Shown here one piece after another: positions 49,963-61,300 of a stretch of 64,000 nt of DNA (the first letter of the stretch is position 1; each line of letters begins with the position of its first letter). The translations under genes were made by a program, and so were the position numbers. Location of the stretch: positions 4,590,001 to 4,654,000 of the forward strand of contig OZ076409.1 in NCBI GenBank assembly GCA_964187785.1. The letters run 5' to 3'. The DNA comes from Amphiscolops sp. MND2022. Taxonomy: Eukaryota. Under the pieces are notes generated by a model. The model saw nothing but the letters and a program-made list of their open reading frames with translations, was not told the DNA's origin and ran no database searches.

Positions 49963-50447
49963 TGCATCTTCAAATACTTCTGAAAGACTATTCTGGTTTA
50001 CCACGTCTTTTCGTATGTTTTTGAAAAACGTTCGACTTTTTTTCTCAAACCCTACCATTGTGATATAAGAGCAAAGAGTTTCGCATTTGGCGCATTCAGA
50101 TACCGCTTCTGTCAATATATGAAAAAAAATTGTTTGTTCGATTTTTGGCGCAAGTTTTTCTGATTCGGAAACAAGTTTGCATAATTTTTTGTTACTCCCA
50201 TATCCAAGCAGTAAAATACATGATCATGCAAAATTTGTCTGAAATCTCTCGTTCCGTGGGCTGCTGTTTTTGACACGGCTTCTTCTTCGTAAGCTTTCAC
50301 ATCTCGGATGATCGAGTTTCTACTGTTTTTCTTGTTTTTGATGTTATGGTTTTAGAGATGACGTTTTGCCGCTCTCTTTGGGAATAGAAATAAATCCTCT
50401 GCTCCAATCTGTTTTTGAGAAAAAGTACTCAAGTACTAGTAAAGTAG

Positions 50448-51048
50448 AACAAGCCGGGACCGGCCCAAGTCGGCGCCATATCCAAGGCTCAAAAATAGCA
50501 AAAAGACTTCCAAGTGTCAAGTATTCTCTTTTACAGTACTCGAAAATCGAAAATTTTTCGAAAAAAATGGACCGAGTGGCGCGCTAAAGTCTCACAATGC
50601 CGAAAAACTGAAAGGGGGACCCTTTGAAGTTTTTCAACATCAATTCTGTCGCAAAACATGAAAAAATTGAAGAAAACAAAAATTTTTATTTTCGGAAAAA
50701 AATAGTGCCGAAAAAAAACGGAAAAGGGGGACCCTTTGGGAATTTCCAACATCCAGTCTGTCGCAAAACAGCAAAAAAATTGAAGGGGAGGAGGCCCTTT
50801 GGGGAAAAATATTTTCCGGAAAAAAAAGTCTCGCAGTGCCGAAAAAATTGAAAGGGGGACCCTGTGGTCTCGCCCGGTATGGTATGTTACGCGGGGAAAC
50901 AGGAAAAACCTTTTTGGTTCAATTCGCTAGGCCAAATGGTGCAATAATATTTTGTAGAACTTTAACTATTTTGGTCAGTTCGTGTGTATTGAAAAAAAGA
51001 AAAGCCACTATAATAGTCGCGTTTCACTTCATGAAGCGCCGACTAAAA
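50448..51048 (-). mobile_element. Family A element
   Basis: aacaagccgggaccggcccaagtcggcgcc ... aagcgccgactaaaaa. Confidence 0.82.
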
Positions 51049-51967
51049 AGTACTAGTAGTGAAATAATGATATTTCCCAGCAATCTAGTTAGTCTAAAAA
51101 ACCGCGGCGATTTGGAAGATTCTAGTTTCAGAGAGCTACAGAGTATTTGAACCATAAATCTTTGATAATTAAAACTGGGACAGTGAGAAAACCTACGGGT
51201 AAAGGCGGGTAAAGGTTTGGTGTTTCAGCATTTTAATTTGGACTAGGTAAGGGTTATGAAATTTTGTCTCTCATCTGTTACCAAATGTCTGAAACCATGA
51301 AATGATAATTCCAGTTGCAGCCAGAGTGTTCCAGACAAAAAGATTACCAGACAAAAGCGTCCATAGAATTTTCTTCTTAATACAGTGTTTTTCTTCTTAA
51401 AATGTAATGAATAATTCCTTCTTTAAGAATTATCAATTAACACTTTGTTAAATCAATTAACAATTATCAAAACAATATTTTGTTCGCAAAAATGTCAAAA
51501 TTATAAATTTAAGTGTAAATTCAAACGGCATTTGTTAGGTCTGAAATAAACGGCACTACATGTGAACTATTATTTTGTTTGAACACCTTCAATTCCATTT
51601 AATTGAATGTGACGAAATCAGTTGAAAAATTAGCGAGACGTTTGTTTTGGGGCGTTTATAGCTTAGTGTAAAATGGGCTCTTTCGCCTGTACATGGACAA
51701 AGACTACTACACGTGGCAAATTGGTGTACCATGGTCCCAGAAATGGTAGTGGAATACTTTCGAAATATGAAAAACTCATTTTTTGTTCGAAACTACAGAA
51801 ATGTCACAAAAACCAGGAAAATTTATTTTTTTGCCATTTTCAACATCAAAATTGGTTTGATATTTCCGGGAAAACAATTTCGGTTTTCCAGAACGAAATA
51901 TGGTATAAATCCCCAACGGCCCGATAAATTGAACCCGGAAATTCCTTACATGAGCCGCGGAACTTGG

Positions 51968-52698
51968 TTTTTAGGAGTCGGAAAAAATTTTCGACTACTT
52001 ATGCAATCGTTTTTTTTCTCCCGACCTTTGAATGAAAATTTCAAATTTCTCAAAAACTGAACATCCGATTTTTATGAAATTTCGCACAGTCATAGAGTCC
52101 TATATGTGCAATGGCATCAAATTCATGTGACTGGCATGTGAGAAACATAGCCAAAATTAACCCAAAAATGGTCAGAAAACAGCCATTTTTCGACTTTTTT
52201 CGATTCTCTAAAACTGTCCATATAATTCAAGGGAAATTTTCTACAGCCATTCTACTCCATATTAGGGTGCTATATGTGCAATAGCATCAAAATTGTATGA
52301 TTGGGATTTGAGAAACAAAGCCAAAAATGACCAAAACGGCCATTTTTGGACTTTTTTAAATTTTCTCAAAAACTGTTCAAACGATTTGAACGAAGTTTTT
52401 TAGTCATTCTACACCGTATTAGAGTCCTGTATGCGCAATGGCATCAAAATCGTATGACTGGGATGTGAGAAACATAGCCAAAATTAGCCCAAAAATGGCC
52501 AAAAAACAGTCATTTTTCAAATTTTTTTTCGATTTTCTCAAAAACTGTCCATACGAATCGAACGAAAATTTCTACAGTCATTTTCTACACCATATTATGG
52601 TGCTATGTGTGCATTTTCATCATATTCGTAAGACTGGGATTCGAGTCAGAAGGAAAAAGACCTGAGCCGACTGCTTTACCGCATATGCGGCTCTGGTT
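51968..52698 (+). mobile_element. Family B element with an extra internal repeat unit
   Basis: ttttaggagtcgg ... gagccgactgctttaccgcatatgcggctctggtt; gagaaac..agccaaaa recurs at ~52140, ~52310 and ~52467. Confidence 0.78.
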
Positions 52699-52699
52699 G

Positions 52700-53240
52700 C
52701 TAAAACTAGATGAAAGTAACTAGGAAGTTCAGGTTTATTTGAAATCGAAGATCTTTTATCTGAAATGCTTCGAACTCTTTTCCTTGAAAGCGAAGCGTAA
52801 TCGGAGGTCTTGATATGTAGATCGAGTCATGTAATCAAGTGAAGTACTTGTAATTTCTTCAACCTATTGCAGAATTGTAGTAAAAAGGAAATCACTAGAG
52901 AACACTCTGCGAAAAGCTTTCAATTGGTTGAAGTGGATGGACTTACTCCCGGAAAATATTGAGTCTTTCAGTAAGGTTCAATTGCGTAAATATACAAAAA
53001 ATCTCACCGATTTGTACATTGTTGATAACAAACTCCTCTACTAAATGGTTTTCTAGGCTTTAAAGTAAAACGTAAAAACTATATTCAATTCGTCATAATT
53101 GGTTCTCGGGGCAAGGACTCGAAGTGTATGTATGCTCAGTCCTTGTCCTTTTTGGATGTTTTAGATTGATACTTATTTGTATGTATCATTATTTTGTATC
53201 TTTCTACTTCATCCAAATAAATTAACTTACTTACTTACTA
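52700..53240 (+). mobile_element. Possible 3' end of another LINE
   Basis: Hairpin ggcaaggact...agtccttgtcc (~53109-53148), then AATAAA and a (TTAC)n tail at ~53216-53239; no recognisable protein motif. Confidence 0.35.
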
Positions 53241-53691
53241 ATCGATTCTAAAAATTTACTTTCAGTCTGTCGAACCACGGGGTTTGATTCTTTGATACTC
53301 CCATCTCAAAATAGTAAAAAGGATTTTTGGCTTCCTTCGGGCATCAGAGCTTCTTGAGCAAGGTAGTTGGATAAAAAGTGTAAACGGAGCTTTGAAAATA
53401 AAGAGACAGCTTTTAATTGCTCTAAATATTTCTCTAAATATTTTCCACTATAGTGAAACATACTGGAGAATGGGTCAGGCCTCTTGCAATTGAATGAAAT
53501 TGGCTTCCATGTTTTCCAGCTTGCACGGAAGTGTCAATAACCATGCTTGGCTCATCCGTTTGAAGACAGTTCAACCTTTTCTCATGAACTCATTGTCTTC
53601 AATGATGAATGGATGAAACAGCTGCTTTTCGGTCCAACGTTTAATTTTCTGCTCCAAACAGGATTGACAACTGGACACTTAGTATTCATAA

Positions 53692-54009
53692 TACAAGCCG
53701 GGAACCTCTAAAGTCTAAAAAATCAAAAAAAGAAGGGGGGCCATTTGGAGACATTGAAACTTTTCTAAATAAGTCTCACAGTGTCGAAAAAAATGGACCT
53801 TTAGTCTCGTCCGGTTTTGTAGGTTACGCTGAAAAAGTAAAAAACGAAAAAGGAACAATTTGCACTATGCTTCCGCTGGCCGGACTTGGCATTAGCAGTT
53901 TTGGTAGTTTCTGTAAAAAGTGGACCTTTCAGTATGAGGTCTGTGGTCTGGAGAAAAAAATGCCACTGTAAGAGTCGAGCATTTTTTCTAGAAAATGCGC
54001 CGATTAAAA
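53692..54009 (-). mobile_element. Family A element (internally deleted)
   Basis: acaagccgggaacctctaaagtc ... gcgccgattaaaa. Confidence 0.7.
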
Positions 54010-55179
54010 ACATCCATTGCACGCACTCCTCGCGCAAATGATTCTACACGTTGATAGAAAATAAAATTCTTGATCTTTTTCTACGAAACATTTTGTTGCT
54101 TTCCATTTTCGGGCGAGTTTTTTCTCAATTAAATTAGCATTCATCGGGTGATAGCGTTTTGATATGATATATCTAGAAGCGAAGATGCGTAAAAGTAATA
54201 AAAGACGACGAAAATTGCATTTGAAGTCTGAAAGGAACAAACAAGTTGGAAATGACATGAATCGACGTCCCGCTACCAGCTCGATAGAAGAGACCAAGAA
54301 TTACATGATGTTCTTTCCTTTCTACAACGGAAACAGCATTCGGACAATCAAAAATGACTTGAAAAACTATCAAAGTACGCGATGTTTCTTGTCCAAAGAC
54401 ATTAGCATCTAAGTGTTGTCCAGTTACAGGAAACAAAACTGGCTCATTAATTCAGAACTCACTAAAAATACACAGTTTCTGGCTATTTTTTCTAAGCATT
54501 TTCACCAAAAAACTTTCTAATCAGTTTTCTAGGCCAAACTTCTGATACAAAATTGAAGCGTTTTCCCCATTTTTCATTGCATGGCTTACAATAATAAGTG
54601 ACACCGTGTTTTGCAGCTGACTAAAGATCGGTTAGTTTAACTATAATATATTAAACCTTGTTCTCGATTTAGACACTTCGCAAGATTTTTACATTTAGTT
54701 GCTTATTTTTCGTATCAAAAGGCGTAAAAGCAACATCAATTATACCTTCCGATGTCCAAACGATTTTTTGGCTTTTTAGATGCAAGCGAACATGAAAACT
54801 CTAGCTGAAACACTTTCTCACCATTCCGAAAAACGCCCTTTGTTTTCACAACTTTATTAGCCTTCTGTTTCCTGAAGCTAGTGCTAACGAACAAAAAGAA
54901 TGTTGTAGAACATTCACACTTGAAACCGCTTATCCAGCTACCTTTAAAGAAAGTCAATTTAGAAAGTAAACTTCCTAAAAATTCACAGTCTATTCGGACA
55001 AAGGAAGCGTCAGCTGGCACAGTAAATGGAGTTTTTCGCGAAATTGTTGTTTCGGAAACTCTTTTTGGATCTATATGGTGGACAAAACAAAACCAAACCA
55101 TAGAAAAAAGTAGTAGTTCCAGCAGATTAGGAAATGGTGATTACAGATTAGCCCTACGGTATTCCGAGAGATAACTGAC

Positions 55180-56400
55180 AGAACCTGTCACACCCGATGA
55201 CACCCATACTCGTAACACGTTGGGATTAAAAAGACCGCGAAAAAACACAATTCAATGTTTTAAAGATTCTAGAAGAATCCAGATTCCGGGCGAATGAAAG
55301 AAAATGCTTGGGACAAGATATAGATGAGAACGAATCAAACCAAACAGGTGAAAGTGAATTTAGATTTGAAACCATCGGAAACGACTATAATGAATCTCGG
55401 TGCGATACAATGCAAGCAAAACTGGTCTCGGTGTAACCTTGTGGCAAAAACAGTCTGGCGGAGAACTAAAACAGATTGCACCCAGGAACCGATACTTAAA
55501 CGACTGTGAACAAAACCACTCAATTGGAAATTTGGAACAACTAGATGTGGTACTAGTAGCGTTAGTACTACTTACGGCCTAGAACGTTTTCTGTTTTGTT
55601 CATACAGAAAACAAGCTGGGAACAGCCCAAGTCGGCTTCATATTTTAGGCTCAAAAATATTCAAGGACCAACAATTGGAAAAATTTGGAAATTTTTTTTC
55701 AAAAAAGAATAATTTGGTAAAAAAGTCGCATATTGCCGAAAAACCCAAAAAGATACCATTTAGGCTTATTAAACGTTTTTTACAAATTGAAAACTTCAAA
55801 AAATTCAAGGGGGTACCGTTTCATAGAATTGAAAAATTTTCGGAAAAGATGTCGCAAAGTGCCGAAAAATAACCGCAAAGAGGCAACAACCGAAAGCTGA
55901 AAAAAATTCAAGGAAGTACCCTGCGATAGAATTCAAAAATTTTCCGAAAAAAGACGCATAGTGCCGAAAAACCCCAAAGAGGGACCCTTTGGTCTCCTCT
56001 CTACTTTTGAAAGCATAAAAAATTTGTGGTTTAGTGCGAGACTCGAACCCACGCTCTCCTGCTTCTCAGACCCCAAAAAATCCGGGTTAACCTCTCGGCC
56101 AAGAAGTTGAACAAATGAACAAAAAAGTGGACCGATCGCGTTGAACTGACAAAAAAATAGCCACTGTAAGAGTCGTGCTTTTTCTCCGAAAACGCCGACT
56201 AAAAAGGTTAACCTTACTACGATCACCAACCGCTAGAAACTTTGATTAAACGAAACAGATGGAACAAGCATTACAGTGTGAGATTAACCAAACGTTTAGA
56301 TCAATTACCACATTTCAATATTGAATACAACAAAGCAGTCAGTAAATTGAATTTCATTACTTTTATGAACAGAAATTAGAGGGATTCACTACCGAAAACG
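55180..56400 (+). mobile_element. Old Gypsy pol (RNase H) fragment, split by a Helentron-like insert
   Basis: ASKTGLGVTLWQKQSGGELKQIA..RYLNDCEQNHSIG resembles the RNase H at 61261-61539; resumes after 56204 as VNLYYDHQPLETLIKRNR. Confidence 0.8.
55610..56205 (-). mobile_element. Family A element with tRNA-like A/B boxes, inserted in the Gypsy fragment
   Basis: aacaagctgggaacagcccaagtcggc ... acgccgactaaaaa; host coding sequence resumes on both sides. Confidence 0.8.
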
Positions 56401-56409
56401 TTTTGGAAA

Positions 56410-57385
56410 CACTAGTCTAAAGTCGGCGCTATATCTAACGCTCAAAATGCGCAGTTCATAAAATATGCAAAGGACGTTTTCATGAAACAGTCCTGTTTTC
56501 GAACCTCCGCCTCCTCAATAAAACGCAATACAGTTCGGATATAACGTCAAAAGTTCGGATATAGCGCGTCACCAAGGACATTTAAAGGGGGGATTTCAAT
56601 AAAATCGAAAATCAAAAAATGTCAGAAAAGCCTCATAGCGCCAAAACATGAAAAGGGTACTCTTCAGTCTCGTCCGGTTTTGTAGGTTATGTTTAGAAAG
56701 TAAAAACTGAAAAGAAGGACCCTTTGCACTAAGTTTCCACTGACCGGACTTGGCCTCAGTAGTTTTAGTAGTTTCTGTGAAAAGTGGACCTTTCAGTGTG
56801 AGTTCTGTCGTCTGGAGAAAAGGGTCACTGCAAAAGTCGGGCATTTTCTGCTTCACAAAAAGCGGCGACTAAAAACGGATGACGAATCAGTCACAAAACC
56901 CACTGGATCACGAAGAACGCACGAAGGTAAAATAACTAACCAATCAAATATCAACAGAATTTCAAGAAAGAACGAAAGTGTACACAAAAGTTTTCAGTCC
57001 TAGACAAAGTTCGCTAAAATTTTAACGTATTTATTAACATACATTCAGTTGCAAAATATGAAAAATCTCGAAGGGGGGACGCTTTTGATCTTTAAAAATT
57101 TTTTCGAAAAAAAGTCGCACAGTGCCGAAAAAAATCCAAAGGGGGGAGGGGGCCTTTAGGCACGTCCGTTTTTGTAGGTTTCCTTGAAAAAGTGAAAAAA
57201 TGAAAGGGGGGACCCTTTGGACTAAGTCTCCCTTGGCCGGACTTGGCCTCAGGTGCTCAGGTGGTTTCAGGATTGTTTCTAAGAAGTGGACCGATCAGTG
57301 TGAGGATTGTAGTCTGAAGTCAGAAAAAAACAGTCACTGCTATAGTCGGGCATTTTTCCCTTAATGGAAAAGCGCCGACTAAAAA
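56410..57385 (-). mobile_element. Two further family A copies (~56410-56875 and ~57050-57385)
   Basis: 5' ends gcggcgactaaaa (~56865) and gcgccgactaaaaa (~57375) with the shared internal ccggacttggcc/gggaccc motifs. Confidence 0.75.
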
Positions 57386-58039
57386 GACCGTAGACACTAC
57401 AACTGGTGGAAAGAATGCTGAAGATTTCGATCGAGATCAGGCACCATGCGAAGACGTTACGACCAACGTTCGCAAAGACTTGGATCCCCTACAGATCATA
57501 TAAATCTAGTAGAGATGAATGGCTGATATAGACGGAGAGTTACTCATTATTCAAAAATGCAGTTTTCAATTTTTGGCCTACTTTTACACAAATGTTTCGC
57601 TGATTTCACTTCCAATCGATCCTCTTGATTATATTCGACTACCCAAGTAACAAACAATTTAGTCCAAGATTCGAATGCGTTCAGTCAATTTTGCTAAGAT
57701 TCAGCATTCGCAAAATTCTTTGACCAAATGTTTGATGTTTGAATTTTAGAAGAACCGACTTTTTTTAAGCAACTTCAGAAAACCTAGCCAGTTCTGAAAA
57801 ACATTTATCTGATTTCAAATTCAAGGAAATCATGAAACGTCTGAAAAATTCTACAAACTGTTAGCCAGTGTATCTGCAATTTCTCAATTGCAGCGGAATA
57901 TAAAAACGACTGTTTCAATGGTAACTTCAGTGCAGTTCAATGAATAAAACTTTTCATTCTCTTCCATTTTTGTTGTTATTTTGTAAAACTATTTTTGCTC
58001 CCATAACTTCTTATTTTACAAAAACTTTTTCCCAGATTA

Positions 58040-58335
58040 TGATACACACCGCAACGACACTGCACCTCTTGTCAAAAGAAAGAGTCCAAACTTCCAAGTT
58101 TGCTGTAAAATTCACTGGGTTTTCTATGCTTTTCGACCATGTCTCTTTTTCCCCCAAGCGGTCGCGTGGGGAAATGAGAAACAAAGTTCTAATACCATCA
58201 TGTCGACATCGTTAGCTTTGACATTTTGTTCCAATGAAATAATTGAAGTCGACATAGTCCTATCTTTCACATTGATAACCAGTGTTAAATATACGGTAGA
58301 GGTCATGATGATAGCATGTCACATTCCCTCCCTCC
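58040..58335 (-). repeat. Polypurine tract and start of probable 3' LTR
   Basis: Minus strand reads GGAGGGAGGGAA (58335-58324) then TGTGACA from 58323, just after the last ORF. The distal LTR end is a guess. Confidence 0.6.
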
Positions 58336-61300
58336 GGAATGGTCCGGTAAAAGTATGTTTGTTCAGGCCGTTGTACCGTATTGTACGGATTTCTTCGTTG
58401 TTCTCCCGTATTGTACGGTCATTCTTGTTTTCACTTTGGTCCGTTGTTGTTGTCGTCTTTTCCTGTAATATATTACGGTTATTAACAGTTTTCTTTTGTT
58501 TTTATTTGTTTGGTACGGTATTCCGCCTAGTTTTTCGATTTGTTTAGCGAATGGGAGTCTTTTGGATTTTCTTGTTGGTTGTAATGTTTTTAGTTTTTCG
58601 ATATTAATACCTTGTTCCTGGGTCAAGTTGCTTTCTTTGGGAAGGAGTTGCAATTCATCGTCGATGTTTGTGTGGACCGGTTTTCCTTCAGCTTTGTTGT
58701 AACATTCAGAGTCATTGTCGTCTGATATGATACTCAGGTTCATCTCTGTTTCCTTGTCATTGTTCTTCGTAGGGGATGTGAACTGTCCCCTGTTGTTTCT
58801 CGGCTGGTCTTTTTTTATCCAGTCCTCGCTTCTTTCTTGGTTTGAAGGTTTGGGTGTTTCTTTTCTGCTATATATGCAGGGTGTGCCGTTGGTTTCCAGT
58901 TTGTCCAATGTTTTGGAGCAGGTTGGCTGGTCAGCGGTGTTTTGGCGTGTGTGTATCCGCTTGATTGGTGTCGTTGTTGTTTGCTGGAAGAGTAACGGGT
59001 TAGAAATCAGTTTACGGTGTATTATTTTATTGTTGACGGCGGTCACGGTATGTTTCGTTCCCGATACAGCTGTTTGGATTTTGTTTTTGAATCTGCTGTC
59101 TAAAGAGCTTTTTGGAGTTTTTTCATAGAATTTGAATGAGTAGTTGAATTTGTTTGTACTAACCGTATTGATCGGTGGTTTTTTGGTTTGGGAGAAGGTC
59201 ATTCCCCGTCTGAGTTTCACTGAGGGTAATGGACACTGGGAGGTCTTTTGAATCCACTGAAACAGCACTTTTTAAATTAGTTAGTTTAGTTCTGGGGCCC
59301 GTCCGAACTGTATTTCGAACGGTGTTTTCTTGGTTTCGGAATGTTTGGTGAATCTCAAGACGTATAGGGCTCTGTTCATGCTTTCGCGGAGGTTTAGTCT
59401 GTCTTCCAGATTAGTTAGGATCAGATTCTTCAGTGATTGGATAGTGCGTTCGACCAATCCGGTACCGGTATGTAAGTTTGCGGTACAATAGATGTATTTG
59501 ATAAATTGCGTTTTGCAAAATTCTTTGTATTCTTTTGAGATCAAGGCGCCTCCTTTATCTGATTTTATTTGTTTCGGTACCCCGTAAATATTTTTATACT
59601 CCTTGAGGAATGTAATTTCGGTTTCGTGGTTTGTATTTTTGCAAATTTTGGATACCGGCCAGTGGCTATTTTGTCAACCGCAACTAGGATATACGGTGTA
59701 GAGGGTAACTTTTTATTGTGTAGATTTCCCGTGAAATCCAGTTGGATTTCTTCGCAGGGTGTTTTGGGTGGTTCGATTTTTGTTTTTTTTTTCAGTTTGT
59801 GGTCTTTGAAATTTCAAGTTCTTACCGGCGTTTAGGCAGGCTGAGCATGTTTTCGATTTTTTCTCGATGTCCTCCCGCATATTTGGCCACCAGAATATCA
59901 TTGCGTCGCTGCACATTTTGTTGATGCCTGGGTGTCCGAAGTGTAGGGCATTGAATGCGGCGTATCTCAATGATTTCGATATGACGATTCGGTCGTCGAC
60001 CATGATGATGCCCCAGCGGTGTGTTAGCTTCCTTGCGACCGTTCTGTATTCGTTGGGGATCTTGTTTGTGTTGTTGTCTTCTGGGCAGCAGTTCAGTTCA
60101 ATTGATTCTGGGTCGGCTGTTGTCTCTTTGATGAACGTCTCTAGGTCTAGAATGAAATCTAGTTCGGCCGCTTTCACATTGTCCTCCTGTTGTTTGTTTC
60201 TTTTTGCTTTCGTCTCCACTACGCGGTTTATTCTTACATAGTGGACTGCTATCTCCTCGATTGGGCCGTCGCGGTATTCCTGTACTGGTTTTGCGGGGTA
60301 GGCGCCGGGATCGTGGGTAGCTACTGCTTCTTCGGAGTTATTTGAGATGGTTGACTGGGTGTCTTTGTGTGTTTCTTCGTTTTGTCCCGTTCTTTGTGGT
60401 ATTTTGTCGCCGAAGTCTCTGAAATAACCGCCGCCGATGTCAGATTCTCTCATTTTTCTTTTGAATCTGAGGTCGATCCCTTTTATTTCTCGTCTTTCGT
60501 TTTCTTTCGGCCGCCTGGGTACGTAAATTTCTCTGCCCACGTTTTTGTTCCAATGCGGCTGGATTGCTCCTGGTTTGGCTAGTTCTATTCTTCTTGTGAC
60601 AAGTTCCGAAGTTTCGGGTGATTTGTCTTTTATCGATAATTGTCGTGATTTCTTCATCTGCGCCCAGTGGTAGCGAAGTTGTCCGTCAATGGGAAAGTAA
60701 CGTACGTTTTGGTCGTTGTCCATACATGCATGATACGCGCTCGCTAATTGATACGCGACGCCATCAAACAAACACAAGTCTTATTGACTCTAATTACCCT
60801 GTACTACAGCTACATTCAAACACGTATACAAATAGCCATCATTCTGAAATGGACAACGACCAAAACGCACGTTACTTTCCCATAGACGGACAACTTCGCT
60901 ACCACTGGGCGCAGATCAAGAAATCACCACGATTATCAATAAAAGAGACAAATCACCCGAAACTTCGGAACTTCGAAGCAGTGCTTCGTTTGCTCCGTTC
61001 TCGCCGTCTGATTGGTTGAAAATCCGTCCTATTCGGGCGTTTGCCGTCGCTAGTTGCGCGATGGCGTTGATTACAAATTCTTCTTCGTAATTTTCTTCTG
61101 GTTCCGGATTTTCGGTTGGATTGCAACTGATAAAATTGGTAAATTTGATTTCTTTACCTGCAGTGTGTTTCAAGCTGATGCCAAAATGGTTTAGTCTGTC
61201 CAGCCACCGTGCCAGTCATGCACTGTATTAATTGTTTGCTTTATTTCCTTTTAGAAGTGGTTACAGAGCTTGGTGGTCGTAAAATAATTGTACTTGCTTT

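Noticed and set aside
53250..55170. ORFs at 54004-55174 as a second gene
   Set aside because: AT-rich, lacking the GC-rich codon signature of true exons here, with no motif or splice chain; probably decayed TE sequence.
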